Shown in pieces: positions 56,053 to 63,991 of a stretch of 64,000 nucleotides of DNA. A program made the translations under genes and the position numbers. Position 1 is the first letter of the stretch, and each line of letters starts with the position of its first letter. The notes beneath the pieces are model-generated. The model ran no database searches. It was not told the DNA's origin and worked only from the letters and a program-made list of their open reading frames with translations. Source of the stretch: an uncultured Christensenella sp. (lineage in GTDB: Bacteria; Bacillota; Clostridia; Christensenellales; DTU072); the NCBI GenBank assembly GCA_964620655.1, contig CAZUJW010000004.1, positions 18,611 to 82,610 on the forward strand. Reading direction: 5' to 3'.

Positions 56053-56077
56053 GGGGCGCATAATTGCGTCCCTTTTT
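56053..56077 (+). terminator. Rho-independent terminator after adh
   Basis: ggggcgca (56053-56060) pairs with tgcgtccc (56065-56072): 8 bp with one G-U pair. The loop is taat, and ttttt follows. Confidence 0.65.
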
Positions 56078-56087
56078 ATAAATAATA

Positions 56088-57062
56088 ATGAAAAAAAAGG
56101 AGAAAGTCTCGTTTTTTATAACCCTCATCGTTACGGTAATTTTGCTTGCCGTAACCTTTTCCGCCGCGGTAATCGGTTCTCTTACCGAACGCAGCGCGTT
56201 AAGCGTGATGGGCGAAGCGGGACTTGACGTATTTATGGCAGGACACACTTACGTTTCACCCGAGAAGACCGATAAGAAAATCGAAAAACGCCGTAGAAAA
56301 AACGCCGATTATTCCGTCCCCGACATTTGCAAAACGATGTACTCTTTCGAAACGGAAAAATTCGACGGCAACGAAGTATGCTACTTCGGCGAAGAAACCG
56401 AAAAGAAAATAATCTACTTCCACGGCGGCTCTTTTATGTGGCAACCGCTTTTGGTTCACTTCGCTTACTGCGAACGCCTGAGTAAAGAACTTGACATACA
56501 GGTAATTATGCCGATTTATCCCAAAGCTCCCGAATATAAATACGATTACGTTCTGGAATGGCTGTACGACTACTACGTTACTCTCGGCGGCGAATTCTAC
56601 TTCATAGGCGACTCGGCGGGCGGCGGCATACTCCTTTCCTTTTCTCAGTTTTTAGCCGACAGGAACGTAAGCGGCGCAAAAAAACTGATAGCGATTTCAC
56701 CCGTACTCGATATCGCCTTAACCAACCCCGAAATAGACGAATACGCTCCTCTCGACCCGATGCTTAACAAAGCCGACCTTGCCCGCAAAATGGCGACTTA
56801 TTCGGGCGACTGCGACGTAAAAAGCCCCTACGTCAGCCCCTTGTACTGCGACTACTCGAAGTTAGGGAAAGTCACGATAATTACGGGTACGCACGACATT
56901 CTATACCCCGATACCAAACTTCTCGACGAAAAACTCACTTCCGAAAATATAACGCACAACTATTGGGTGTACAAGTACCAAACCCACGTCTTCGCCATCT
57001 ACCCTATGCCCGAAAGAACGGTAGTGCTTAACAGAATAAAAGAAATAATTTTCAACGAGTAG
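56088..57062 (+). CDS. Alpha/beta hydrolase fold-3 esterase/lipase with N-terminal TM/signal anchor
   Basis: It has the oxyanion-hole motif IYFHGGSF and the nucleophile elbow IGDSAGGG (GDSAGG, hormone-sensitive-lipase-like family). The N-terminal hydrophobic segment is FFITLIVTVILLAVTFSAAVIG. Confidence 0.85.
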   Translation: MKKKEKVSFFITLIVTVILLAVTFSAAVIGSLTERSALSVMGEAGLDVFMAGHTYVSPEKTDKKIEKRRRKNADYSVPDICKTMYSFETEKFDGNEVCYFGEETEKKIIYFHGGSFMWQPLLVHFAYCERLSKELDIQVIMPIYPKAPEYKYDYVLEWLYDYYVTLGGEFYFIGDSAGGGILLSFSQFLADRNVSGAKKLIAISPVLDIALTNPEIDEYAPLDPMLNKADLARKMATYSGDCDVKSPYVSPLYCDYSKLGKVTIITGTHDILYPDTKLLDEKLTSENITHNYWVYKYQTHVFAIYPMPERTVVLNRIKEIIFNE

Positions 57063-57071
57063 GGTAAAATA

Positions 57072-57282
57072 AGTGAAGTTGCGTGTTTACACGCAGTGAA
57101 GTTCACCTTACGGTGAGTGAAGTTGCGAGCCTGCTCGCAGTGAAGTTTGCAATTATCATTGCAAGTTAAGGATAAGAATAGCAGATACAAATAGTGAAGT
57201 TCGGCTATTGCCGAGTGAAGTTGCCGCTTTGCGACAGTGAAGTTTACCTTACGGTAAGTGAAGTTTGCGACTGATAGTCGCA
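57072..57282 (+). repeat. Array of 8 units: constant 9-mer AGTGAAGTT followed by a variable 12-17-nt palindrome (two blocks of four)
   Basis: The 9-mer occurs at 57072, 57095, 57116, 57139, 57193, 57214, 57236 and 57257 (period 21-23 bp). The intervening palindromes are gcgtg-ttta-cacgc, cacc-ttac-ggtg, gcgag-cctg-ctcgc, tgcaat-tatc-attgca, cggc-tatt-gccg, gccgc-tttg-cgac (imperfect), tacc-ttac-ggta and tgcgact-gat-agtcgca. Confidence 0.9.
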
Positions 57283-57373
57283 AGATATTGATAAATATAA
57301 GATAATAGACATACGCATTTGCGTACGATTATTTATAAAAATATATCGTAATTGAGTAGTAAAAATCATAAAA

Positions 57374-57408
57374 AGTCGTTAGACGCAAACTAACGACTTT
57401 ATTTTTTT
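57374..57408. terminator. Bidirectional rho-independent terminator between the convergent esterase and radC genes
   Basis: agtcgttag (57374-57382) pairs with ctaacgact (57390-57398), a perfect 9-bp stem with loop acgcaaa. It is followed by ttattttttt on the plus strand and preceded by aaaa (giving ttttatgattttt on the minus strand). Confidence 0.75.
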
Positions 57409-57422
57409 GTTTATCCGCAACT

Positions 57423-57511
57423 TGCGACGGTAGTCGCAAACTTCACACGGCGTAGCCGTACTTCACTATCGCATTGCGATAACTTCACTTTTGCGTAGCA
57501 AAAACTTCACT
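57423..57511 (-). repeat. Opposed array of 4 units of the same 9-mer (as AACTTCAC[T/A] on the plus strand), each preceded by a variable palindrome
   Basis: Each unit is a palindrome followed by the 9-mer:
- tgcgac-ggt-agtcgca (57423-57438), then aacttcaca (57439-57447).
- acggc-gta-gccgt, then tacttcact (57459-57467).
- atcgca-t-tgcgat, then aacttcact (57481-57489).
- tttgc-gta-gcaaa, then aacttcact (57503-57511).
The innermost hairpin is nearly identical to the innermost hairpin of the forward array. Confidence 0.85.
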
Positions 57512-57513
57512 AC

Positions 57514-58257
57514 CTAAAACGGATACTTCTTATCCTTATCGTGTTTATACATAGGGTACACCGACTGTTCGCCGGTAGAAAGGCGACAGCGTAAAAAGTA
57601 GCTGTATGCGTAATCTCTGCTTATTATAACGTGGTCGATAAGTTTAACTCCGATAGAGTGAAGCAAAGTACCCGCCATATCGGTGCCGTCGGTATCGGCT
57701 ACGCTCGGAGCAACGAGTTTCGACGGGTGGTTATGGGCAAGAATGACTTTCTTGGCGTTGTTTCTTAATACTGTCGCCACCAAATCTTTCGTGGGAAGAG
57801 CGATAGAATCGGGCGTACCGTAGGCAAGCGTGTCGCAACTTATTAGTTCGTTTTTCTCGTTGAGACTTATCGCGACGAGTTTTTCGGTAAGGTCGTCGGC
57901 GAATAAATCCCTCAGGTAGGACAAAATATTATTCGGTCCCAAAATCTTTTTGTCGGAGAGTTCGGTTTTAAAAACGGAATCGTAAATTTCGCCGTAAGAT
58001 TTTAATAAAAGAGCGGCGTTTTTAGTCACGTTCCTGACTTGCATAAGTTCTTTCACGTCGGCGAGAAAAACGTTTTTTAACGTGCCGAACTTCGCCAGCA
58101 ACTCGTACGCTATCGGTTTGGTATCCTTATACGGAATCCCGTAAAACAATAAAAACTCCAACACCTGATAGGGCGGGAGATAACGCAAACCGTTATGTTC
58201 CACCACGTAGCGGACTCTTTCTCGATGTCCGCTATGCGAAGAAACGTTAGTTTCCAT
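57514..58257 (-). CDS. radC: RadC-family JAB-domain protein
   Basis: From ATG 58257 the translation begins METNVSSHSGHRERVR. It has HhH-like LLAKFGTLKNVFLADVKELMQV and the JAB motif ILAHNHPSKLVAPSVADTD (HNHPSx...PSxxD). The track start at 58383 would overlap the upstream gene; ATG 58257 lies 4 nt after its stop. Confidence 0.85.
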   Translation of the reverse strand: METNVSSHSGHRERVRYVVEHNGLRYLPPYQVLEFLLFYGIPYKDTKPIAYELLAKFGTLKNVFLADVKELMQVRNVTKNAALLLKSYGEIYDSVFKTELSDKKILGPNNILSYLRDLFADDLTEKLVAISLNEKNELISCDTLAYGTPDSIALPTKDLVATVLRNNAKKVILAHNHPSKLVAPSVADTDGTDMAGTLLHSIGVKLIDHVIISRDYAYSYFLRCRLSTGEQSVYPMYKHDKDKKYPF

Positions 58258-58261
58258 AGGC

Positions 58262-61177
58262 TTATAACACCACCACTCCGTATTCGGCTGCGGGAGCGAC
58301 GAGATAACCGGTCTTACCGTAAACCACGGCGAATCTCGTGGTTTGTTCTCCCGTAACCAATTCCATAATAAAGTTAAGAGCACAGTTTATTGCGGTAGCA
58401 ACCACGTCCGCGTCCACGTCGGCAAGAGCTACTTCCTTATCCTTTTTAAGGTCGTAAAAAGCGATTTCTATTCCGTCGGGGCGAGCTTCGAGTTGCGTTC
58501 CCGCTACGGCAAGCACGTCGTTTATCACGGGAATAACGACGTCGAACAATTCTCCGTCGGTAATCTTTTTAAGTTTATCCATCTTAGCGGTAAGCACTTC
58601 GCATTCGGAAGTCTTTTCGTAAGCAAGGTCTTTCGCGGCTTCCGACACGGCAAGGCGCGTGGCGGCTTTGTCGTACGCCTTTTCGGCAGCGTCGACTTCG
58701 GCTCTCAGTTCCGAATGGTCGTCCTTCTCGAAGTCGTCGGCTTTGTATCCGTCGAGAGCGGCTATCTGAACGTCGAGAGCATTAAGATCGGTGTGGAACT
58801 TTTCTATCTCGTCCGCGTATTCGGCACGGGTCTCTTCGTCCAACACGCTTTCTTCGTCGGTTTCTTCGACTTCTTCTATTACGATAGCGTCTATTCTCTC
58901 TTTAAGTTCGTCTGCGGAAGTTATACAACGATTAAATTCGGCTTGTTTCTCTTCGACTTCCTTTCTTAATTCGTCGGCTTCTTTTTCCGCTTCGGCTCTC
59001 GCTACGTCGGACTTCTTTATTTCCGCCATGACGTCGGCGAAGATTTCGGCGGTAACGTTGACGTACATGTCGGCGTTGCCGTTGTCGGAAGAGAAGGTAT
59101 TGTCGCCGAGAACGGTATCTCCGCTGATTTTTGCGATGAGTTCGTCTTCTATTCTCTCTTTTTCTATAATGTCGTCGAGACAGTTAAGAGCCTGTTTGCC
59201 GTCGAGTTCGGGCCGAATGGCTTCGTCGTAGGCTTTCTGCATGATTCCCAACTTGTCTTCTTCTTCGGCGAGAGTCTTCTTGTCTTCTTCTGTGGTAGCG
59301 GCTATATTTGCGAGTTCTTCTTTAAGGAAAGCTATGTGTTCTTTCACGGCTTCTTCGTCGCCGCCGAGAAGTATAAATCCCCTGAACTTTCTTTCGAGAT
59401 CGGCTACCGTCTTGACTCCGTAGGACGAAAGAAGAGCGGTAAGTTCTTTCCTTTCTTCCTTTACCTTTTCGCTTAGTTCGTTGACGGCGTTTATCATAGT
59501 CGCGTTGCGTTCGGTAAGCTGACTTAATCTTACGTCGATTTTATGAAGTTTTTCCGTGCTTTCAGCTAAAACGTCGTTACTTTCTTTTGCGTCGGCTTCG
59601 ATATTCTTAACGCCGTCTTTTACTTTGTTCATTTCTTCGGTGAAAGAGTTCTTATCGTAAATTCTGCCGTTGCAAACGGGGCAGATACCGCCGATTTCGG
59701 CGTTTTTAACGGTGGCGTCGAAAGCGAGTTTCGCCTTTTCGTCGATTATGCAAACGTTAAGGTAGTCGGCTTTCGCTTTTACTCTTCTTATATATTCTTC
59801 ATGAGCTGTTTTAGCCTTTTTGAGAGCGTTGATATCTTCGAGAAGGGTTTTTCTTTCTTTAAGCAAGTCGCGGATTTTTTCTTCGTTGTCGGCGGCTTCC
59901 TTTTCCAACGCGTGCGCTTTTATTTTCGCTTCGTGCAAGGAAAGTCCTTCTTCTTTGTTTTTTACGGCGTTTTCGTCGGTTTCCGCCGGCAGCAACGCTT
60001 CGTTTACGGCGATTTCTCCGCGTATTTTTTCTGCGAGAGCTTCGTTTTGTTCTATCTTTACGTTAAGGTCGGCTATTCTTAACTTGGAATTGTCGATCGA
60101 ATTTTCGAACGCTACGCCTTCTCTTATGGCACGGCGTTTGCGGTAGGACAGGTGGTTCTTTTTAAGTTCTTCCGTAGCGGAATCCGCATCCTTGTCTTCT
60201 GAAAGGGTGGCTACCACGCCTTCGGTCTTCTTTACTACGGCTGCGGTAAGTTCTTTATCGTCGAGATTGGCGTATAGGATATCGCCGAAACTGTCTCTTA
60301 ACCCTGCTGCCCTTTCGGCGTGCGAAGCGGCTTCTTCGGTCTTTTCGTTCACTTTAAGTTCGACAGCGGAGATTTCTTCATGCAACTTTTCGAGTTCCGC
60401 CACCTTGTCGTCCAACTGAACGTGCAACGCTTCTTTTTCTTCAGCGGCTTTACGGGCTTCTGCGTTTTTTTCCTTTCTTAAACGCAAAGCGTCGTCTTTT
60501 GCGATAATTTCTTCTTTTTCTTTAATGCCTTCTTCGTTTTTAAGAAGATTTTCTTTGCGTGCGGCGAGGCTGTTCTTTAAGGCTAAAACGAGTTCTTTTT
60601 CTTCTGCGGACCGTTTCAGAAGGTCCACCTTGTCGAGTTTTTCCTGCAAAGCGTCAAGTTTCGCTTTCTTTTCGGCGGCGACAGCTATGTAGGAGTCGTC
60701 TACAAGCTCGTCGTACGCTTCCACTTTGGACACGCATAAAGAATGGTCTTTGTAATAAATTTCCCAACGTTTTTCGAGTTCTTCCCCGTCGAAACCGAGT
60801 TCGGACAGGTATTTCTTAACGAAAGAAGAAACGTCTTCTATAAATTCCGCTCCGTTTACGGGGGCGGCGTTTTCTTTCCACTGTTTGCGTTTAAGTCCGG
60901 CTATCTTCGCTATGACTTCCGCACCGTCTTTTTCGCCCGACAATTCTCCGTCTTTATAGACGACCGTATCCGACGAAAAGTCGCGTATTATCTCGTATAA
61001 AGAACCGTCGTATTCGGCTGTCAGAGTTATTTTCCCCGAAAACAAGGCTTCGTTGCCGAAAAGGGCGTATTCGAGAAATTTTATTGCGTCGGCGGGAGAA
61101 TCGACCGAACCGGTAGTAAAATCGTATTCGGCTGTTACGTTTTCGACGTCGTTAACTGCAAGGGTGAGAAGTTTCAT
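58262..61177 (-). CDS. Rad50/SbcC-like long coiled-coil protein with CxxC zinc-hook motif but no recognisable Walker A/B or signature motif
   Basis: GGAGGA lies 5 nt upstream of ATG 61177. Length is 971 aa. The N-terminus MKLLTLAVNDVENVTAEYDFTTGSVDSPADAIKFLEYALFG has the SbcC/Rad50 head pattern, but the GxxGxGK[ST] loop is replaced. About 750 aa are E/K/A/L-rich heptad-like sequence. The central IGGICPVCNGRIYD matches the Rad50/SbcC hook (CPxCG). The C-terminus lacks the LSGGE and hhhhDE motifs. Confidence 0.7.
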   Translation of the reverse strand: MKLLTLAVNDVENVTAEYDFTTGSVDSPADAIKFLEYALFGNEALFSGKITLTAEYDGSLYEIIRDFSSDTVVYKDGELSGEKDGAEVIAKIAGLKRKQWKENAAPVNGAEFIEDVSSFVKKYLSELGFDGEELEKRWEIYYKDHSLCVSKVEAYDELVDDSYIAVAAEKKAKLDALQEKLDKVDLLKRSAEEKELVLALKNSLAARKENLLKNEEGIKEKEEIIAKDDALRLRKEKNAEARKAAEEKEALHVQLDDKVAELEKLHEEISAVELKVNEKTEEAASHAERAAGLRDSFGDILYANLDDKELTAAVVKKTEGVVATLSEDKDADSATEELKKNHLSYRKRRAIREGVAFENSIDNSKLRIADLNVKIEQNEALAEKIRGEIAVNEALLPAETDENAVKNKEEGLSLHEAKIKAHALEKEAADNEEKIRDLLKERKTLLEDINALKKAKTAHEEYIRRVKAKADYLNVCIIDEKAKLAFDATVKNAEIGGICPVCNGRIYDKNSFTEEMNKVKDGVKNIEADAKESNDVLAESTEKLHKIDVRLSQLTERNATMINAVNELSEKVKEERKELTALLSSYGVKTVADLERKFRGFILLGGDEEAVKEHIAFLKEELANIAATTEEDKKTLAEEEDKLGIMQKAYDEAIRPELDGKQALNCLDDIIEKERIEDELIAKISGDTVLGDNTFSSDNGNADMYVNVTAEIFADVMAEIKKSDVARAEAEKEADELRKEVEEKQAEFNRCITSADELKERIDAIVIEEVEETDEESVLDEETRAEYADEIEKFHTDLNALDVQIAALDGYKADDFEKDDHSELRAEVDAAEKAYDKAATRLAVSEAAKDLAYEKTSECEVLTAKMDKLKKITDGELFDVVIPVINDVLAVAGTQLEARPDGIEIAFYDLKKDKEVALADVDADVVATAINCALNFIMELVTGEQTTRFAVVYGKTGYLVAPAAEYGVVVL

Positions 61178-61277
61178 TTAGTCCTCCGTTGTGTTTTGTG
61201 TAAGGTTTTCGGCGATATACCATATCTTGTGGATAATAAATTTGTCTCACAAACCATTAGCGCAAATTCTATCCTTG

Positions 61278-61286
61278 TGATATAAT
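61278..61286 (+). promoter_or_regulatory. Extended -10 element (TGaTATAAT) upstream of the dnaB-like gene
   Basis: tgatataat lies at 61278-61286. No good -35 is present, which is typical for extended -10 promoters. Confidence 0.4.
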
Positions 61287-61327
61287 ATGTTTCGCACGCA
61301 AGGGTATACAAATACACATTATTATTT

Positions 61328-61357
61328 ATTATACAACAAACGTCGCATACTTTGCAA
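61328..61357 (-). promoter_or_regulatory. Candidate promoter for the coiled-coil/radC operon
   Basis: Read on the minus strand: TTGCAA (61357-61352), 18-nt spacer, TATAAT (61333-61328). Confidence 0.4.
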
Positions 61358-61384
61358 TATCAAAGGAAATATTTTTATCTTATT

Positions 61385-62827
61385 ATGGCATTTTTAAGTC
61401 TTGGCAGCGATTATCTTAAAGCGGGTTACACGCAGGTGGACAACGTTTTTTTGTTGTCGTACCTTCCGTACGCCGACGCGTTGGACGTGAAGATTTATCT
61501 TTTAGGACTCGTTATGGCGAGCGACGCTTCGGAAGAAAACAGCCTCGAAAAGATGGCTATCGCGCTCCACGTCGACGAAGAAAGGATAGCCGAAGGCTTT
61601 CGCTACTGGGAAGAAAAAGGTTTGGTTTCCCTTACGAAAACCGCTCCCTTCTCGGTAAAATATCTCTCGGTAAAGACCCCGCTTAAACCCGTAGTGAAAA
61701 TAAACGGCGAAAAGTACAAGGTTTTTGCCGACGAAGTGGCGAGACTTTTCCCCGAAAGGATAATGTCGCCCAACGAATACAACGCCTATTTCGAGCTTAT
61801 GCACGATTACAAGGTGGAGACCAACGCCATGCTTCTGATAATGCAATACTGCAAGGATCTCGGCGGCGGAAGATTTTCCACCCCGTACATACTCGCGGTA
61901 GCCACCGACTGGGCGAAAAACGGTCTTACCACCGAAAAAAAGGTGACCGCACACATAGAAGAACTCGAAAATAATTCCGAAGACGTAAGACAGATATTCT
62001 CTGCGCTCGGCATAAAAAGAGCCGCCGACCTTACCGACCGTCAGTTGTATCTTAAATGGACGAAGAAAAAGAACTTCCCGTTAGACTCGATACTCGCCGC
62101 CGCGAAATCTCTTAAAAAACGCGGTGGAACGGAAAAACTCGACGAACTTATGGAAGAACTCGAAAAGGCGGGAGCCTTCAACGCCGCCGCCGTCGCCGAT
62201 TATATTAAAGAAAAGGAAAGCGTTCACGCCCTTGCAAAGGACCTTGCGAAAACTCTCGGTTCTTACTACGGAAGTACCGACGCAATAGTGGACAGCTACG
62301 TAAGACCGTGGCTAAACGTCGGTTTCGACGAAGAAGGGTTAAAGAAACTCGCCAAGTTCTGTTTCTTACGCAATATCCGCTCTTTCGACGGGCTGTCGCA
62401 GACCGTGGACAAGTTTTATCGCAACGGCGTGCTGTCGTCTTCCGCGATAGACGCTTTCGTCGAAAAACAGTTGAAAATCGACGAAGACGTAAAAGAAGTT
62501 TTCGACAAATGCAACAACTACGGCGTGGTAAGTAACCGCGACCGTGAATGTTACCGCGCATGGAACGAATGGGGCTTCGACAAAGAAGCCATCCTTACCG
62601 CGGCGGAAAGCTGTTCGGAAGAAATTTATCCCATGCAGGCTATTAACAGAACCCTTGCTTCTCTCCGCACCGACAATATTTTCTCCGCCGAGAAGATTAA
62701 GGAAAAATTATCCGAAAAACAAGTTAAATCGAATAAAAAAGGCAAAACCGACGATTATATGAAGCACGTTTACAGCGACGAACAACTCAAAAACGTGCTG
62801 GTCGATTTTGACGACTGGGAGAACTGA
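61385..62827 (+). CDS. DnaD-domain replication initiation / helicase-loading protein (Bacillus DnaB-type, not the helicase)
   Basis: From ATG 61385 the translation begins MAFLSLGSDYLKAGYTQVDNVFLLSYLPYADALDVKIYLLGL (winged-helix N-domain). Two DnaD-like repeats follow (YFELMHDYKVETNAMLLIMQYC, WAKNG). It is translationally coupled to the dnaI-like gene (TGATG). The TTG at 61352 in the track has no RBS. Confidence 0.75.
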   Translation: MAFLSLGSDYLKAGYTQVDNVFLLSYLPYADALDVKIYLLGLVMASDASEENSLEKMAIALHVDEERIAEGFRYWEEKGLVSLTKTAPFSVKYLSVKTPLKPVVKINGEKYKVFADEVARLFPERIMSPNEYNAYFELMHDYKVETNAMLLIMQYCKDLGGGRFSTPYILAVATDWAKNGLTTEKKVTAHIEELENNSEDVRQIFSALGIKRAADLTDRQLYLKWTKKKNFPLDSILAAAKSLKKRGGTEKLDELMEELEKAGAFNAAAVADYIKEKESVHALAKDLAKTLGSYYGSTDAIVDSYVRPWLNVGFDEEGLKKLAKFCFLRNIRSFDGLSQTVDKFYRNGVLSSSAIDAFVEKQLKIDEDVKEVFDKCNNYGVVSNRDRECYRAWNEWGFDKEAILTAAESCSEEIYPMQAINRTLASLRTDNIFSAEKIKEKLSEKQVKSNKKGKTDDYMKHVYSDEQLKNVLVDFDDWEN

Positions 62828-63747
62828 TGTTAGATACGCGCAGAGCAAAACTTCTCATAGAGAGAAGGAAAAGGGAAGCGGAAACCGCTTACGAGAACAA
62901 ATTGGAAAAGCTGAAAAAAGACGAAGATTTTTCGGAAGCCTTTTTTCGTGCGTCTTTCCTTAAATTCGAGATAGCGAAAAGAAAAGTTTTTGGTATGGAC
63001 GGCGTGGAAGACCTCGAGAAAGAGTATTTAGAAAAGCTCGCTTTCGTCGAAAACCGTCTTAAATCGGTGGGGATAGAAGAATTAGACTGCCCCGATTATC
63101 ATTGCAAAATATGCCGCGACACGGGTTTTGTCGACGGCAGGGATTGTGTCTGCCTTGAACGGACGAGAGTGGAAATAAACCTTAACGATTACAAGTTTTT
63201 ACGGAATATTCCCGACTCGCTGAAAGGGGTGAACTACGATTTTTACGGTGACAAAAAAGGCGACTATTTGAAGTACGCCAAGTTTATAAACAACCGATTC
63301 TTAAAAGGCGACCTTAATTTCTGCACCGTTCTGGGCAAGCCCGGTTCGGGGAAAACCTATCTTGCGCAAGTCGTCGCAAAAGAAGCCTTACTTAGCGGCA
63401 AGTCCATAAAAATACTCAATTCCGTACGGCTCAACCGAGAACTGCTCGCGTACCATTGCGCGCCGCTCGAATCGAAAGCTTCTATGTGGGACGAGATAGC
63501 GGGGTACGATTTTCTTATTATCGACGATCTCGGCGTGGAAGCTACTATAAACAACGTGACTTTGCAGTACCTGTACGAACTTCTCACCGAAAGAACCGAA
63601 TTGAAAACTCTTATTACCGGCAACCTTACTTTGCGTGCGTTGGAAGAAAAATACGGTCAGAGAATTTTCAGCCGTTTGAGCGACAAAACGAAAAGCGCGG
63701 TAATAGTGTTCGACGGCGACGATTACAGACTCAACGGAAACCAATAA
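62827..63747 (+). CDS. dnaI: Primosomal helicase loader DnaI (DnaC/IstB-like AAA+)
   Basis: It has an N-terminal zinc module CPDYHCKICRDTGFVDGRDCVC, Walker A GKPGSGKTYLA and Walker B FLIIDDLG. Length is 306 aa. Confidence 0.85.
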   Translation: MLDTRRAKLLIERRKREAETAYENKLEKLKKDEDFSEAFFRASFLKFEIAKRKVFGMDGVEDLEKEYLEKLAFVENRLKSVGIEELDCPDYHCKICRDTGFVDGRDCVCLERTRVEINLNDYKFLRNIPDSLKGVNYDFYGDKKGDYLKYAKFINNRFLKGDLNFCTVLGKPGSGKTYLAQVVAKEALLSGKSIKILNSVRLNRELLAYHCAPLESKASMWDEIAGYDFLIIDDLGVEATINNVTLQYLYELLTERTELKTLITGNLTLRALEEKYGQRIFSRLSDKTKSAVIVFDGDDYRLNGNQ

Positions 63748-63777
63748 ACGGTTAATTTTAAGTATATAATTCTTATC

Positions 63778-63991
63778 GTGAATTCCCAAAGTAAATTCCA
63801 CAATAGAATTTGAAATAGAATTTAGTCCGGGGAAACACGCTCTCAGACTTTTTTGCATACTCTTTTTCCGTTCTTATCCCTGCTCTTAGCCTTTTTTGTT
63901 TCTTTCTACATTTTTTCCATACTAAATTCAACTCATTTCTCATACTAAATTCCATCGTTTTTCTACTGTGGAATTTACTTTGGGAATTCAC
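63778..63991. repeat. 214-bp element bounded by perfect 25-bp inverted repeats (MITE-like or invertible segment)
   Basis: gtgaattcccaaagtaaattccaca (63778-63802) is the exact reverse complement of tgtggaatttactttgggaattcac (63967-63991). The 164-bp interior carries the direct repeat catactaaattc (63918-63929 and 63941-63952) and further GAATTTAGT-like copies. Confidence 0.85.

Noticed and set aside
57072-57282. A CRISPR array as an explanation for the regularly spaced repeats
   Set aside because: The repeat is only 9 nt. The 'spacers' are 12-17-nt self-complementary palindromes. There are no cas genes, and a second array lies in inverted orientation. None of this fits CRISPR architecture.
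61228-61236. Chromosomal origin (oriC), suggested by a perfect DnaA box near dnaB/dnaI
   Set aside because: There is only one box, no cluster, no AT-rich unwinding element beside it, and no dnaA/dnaN. A single 9-mer match is roughly a coin-flip by chance in 64 kb.
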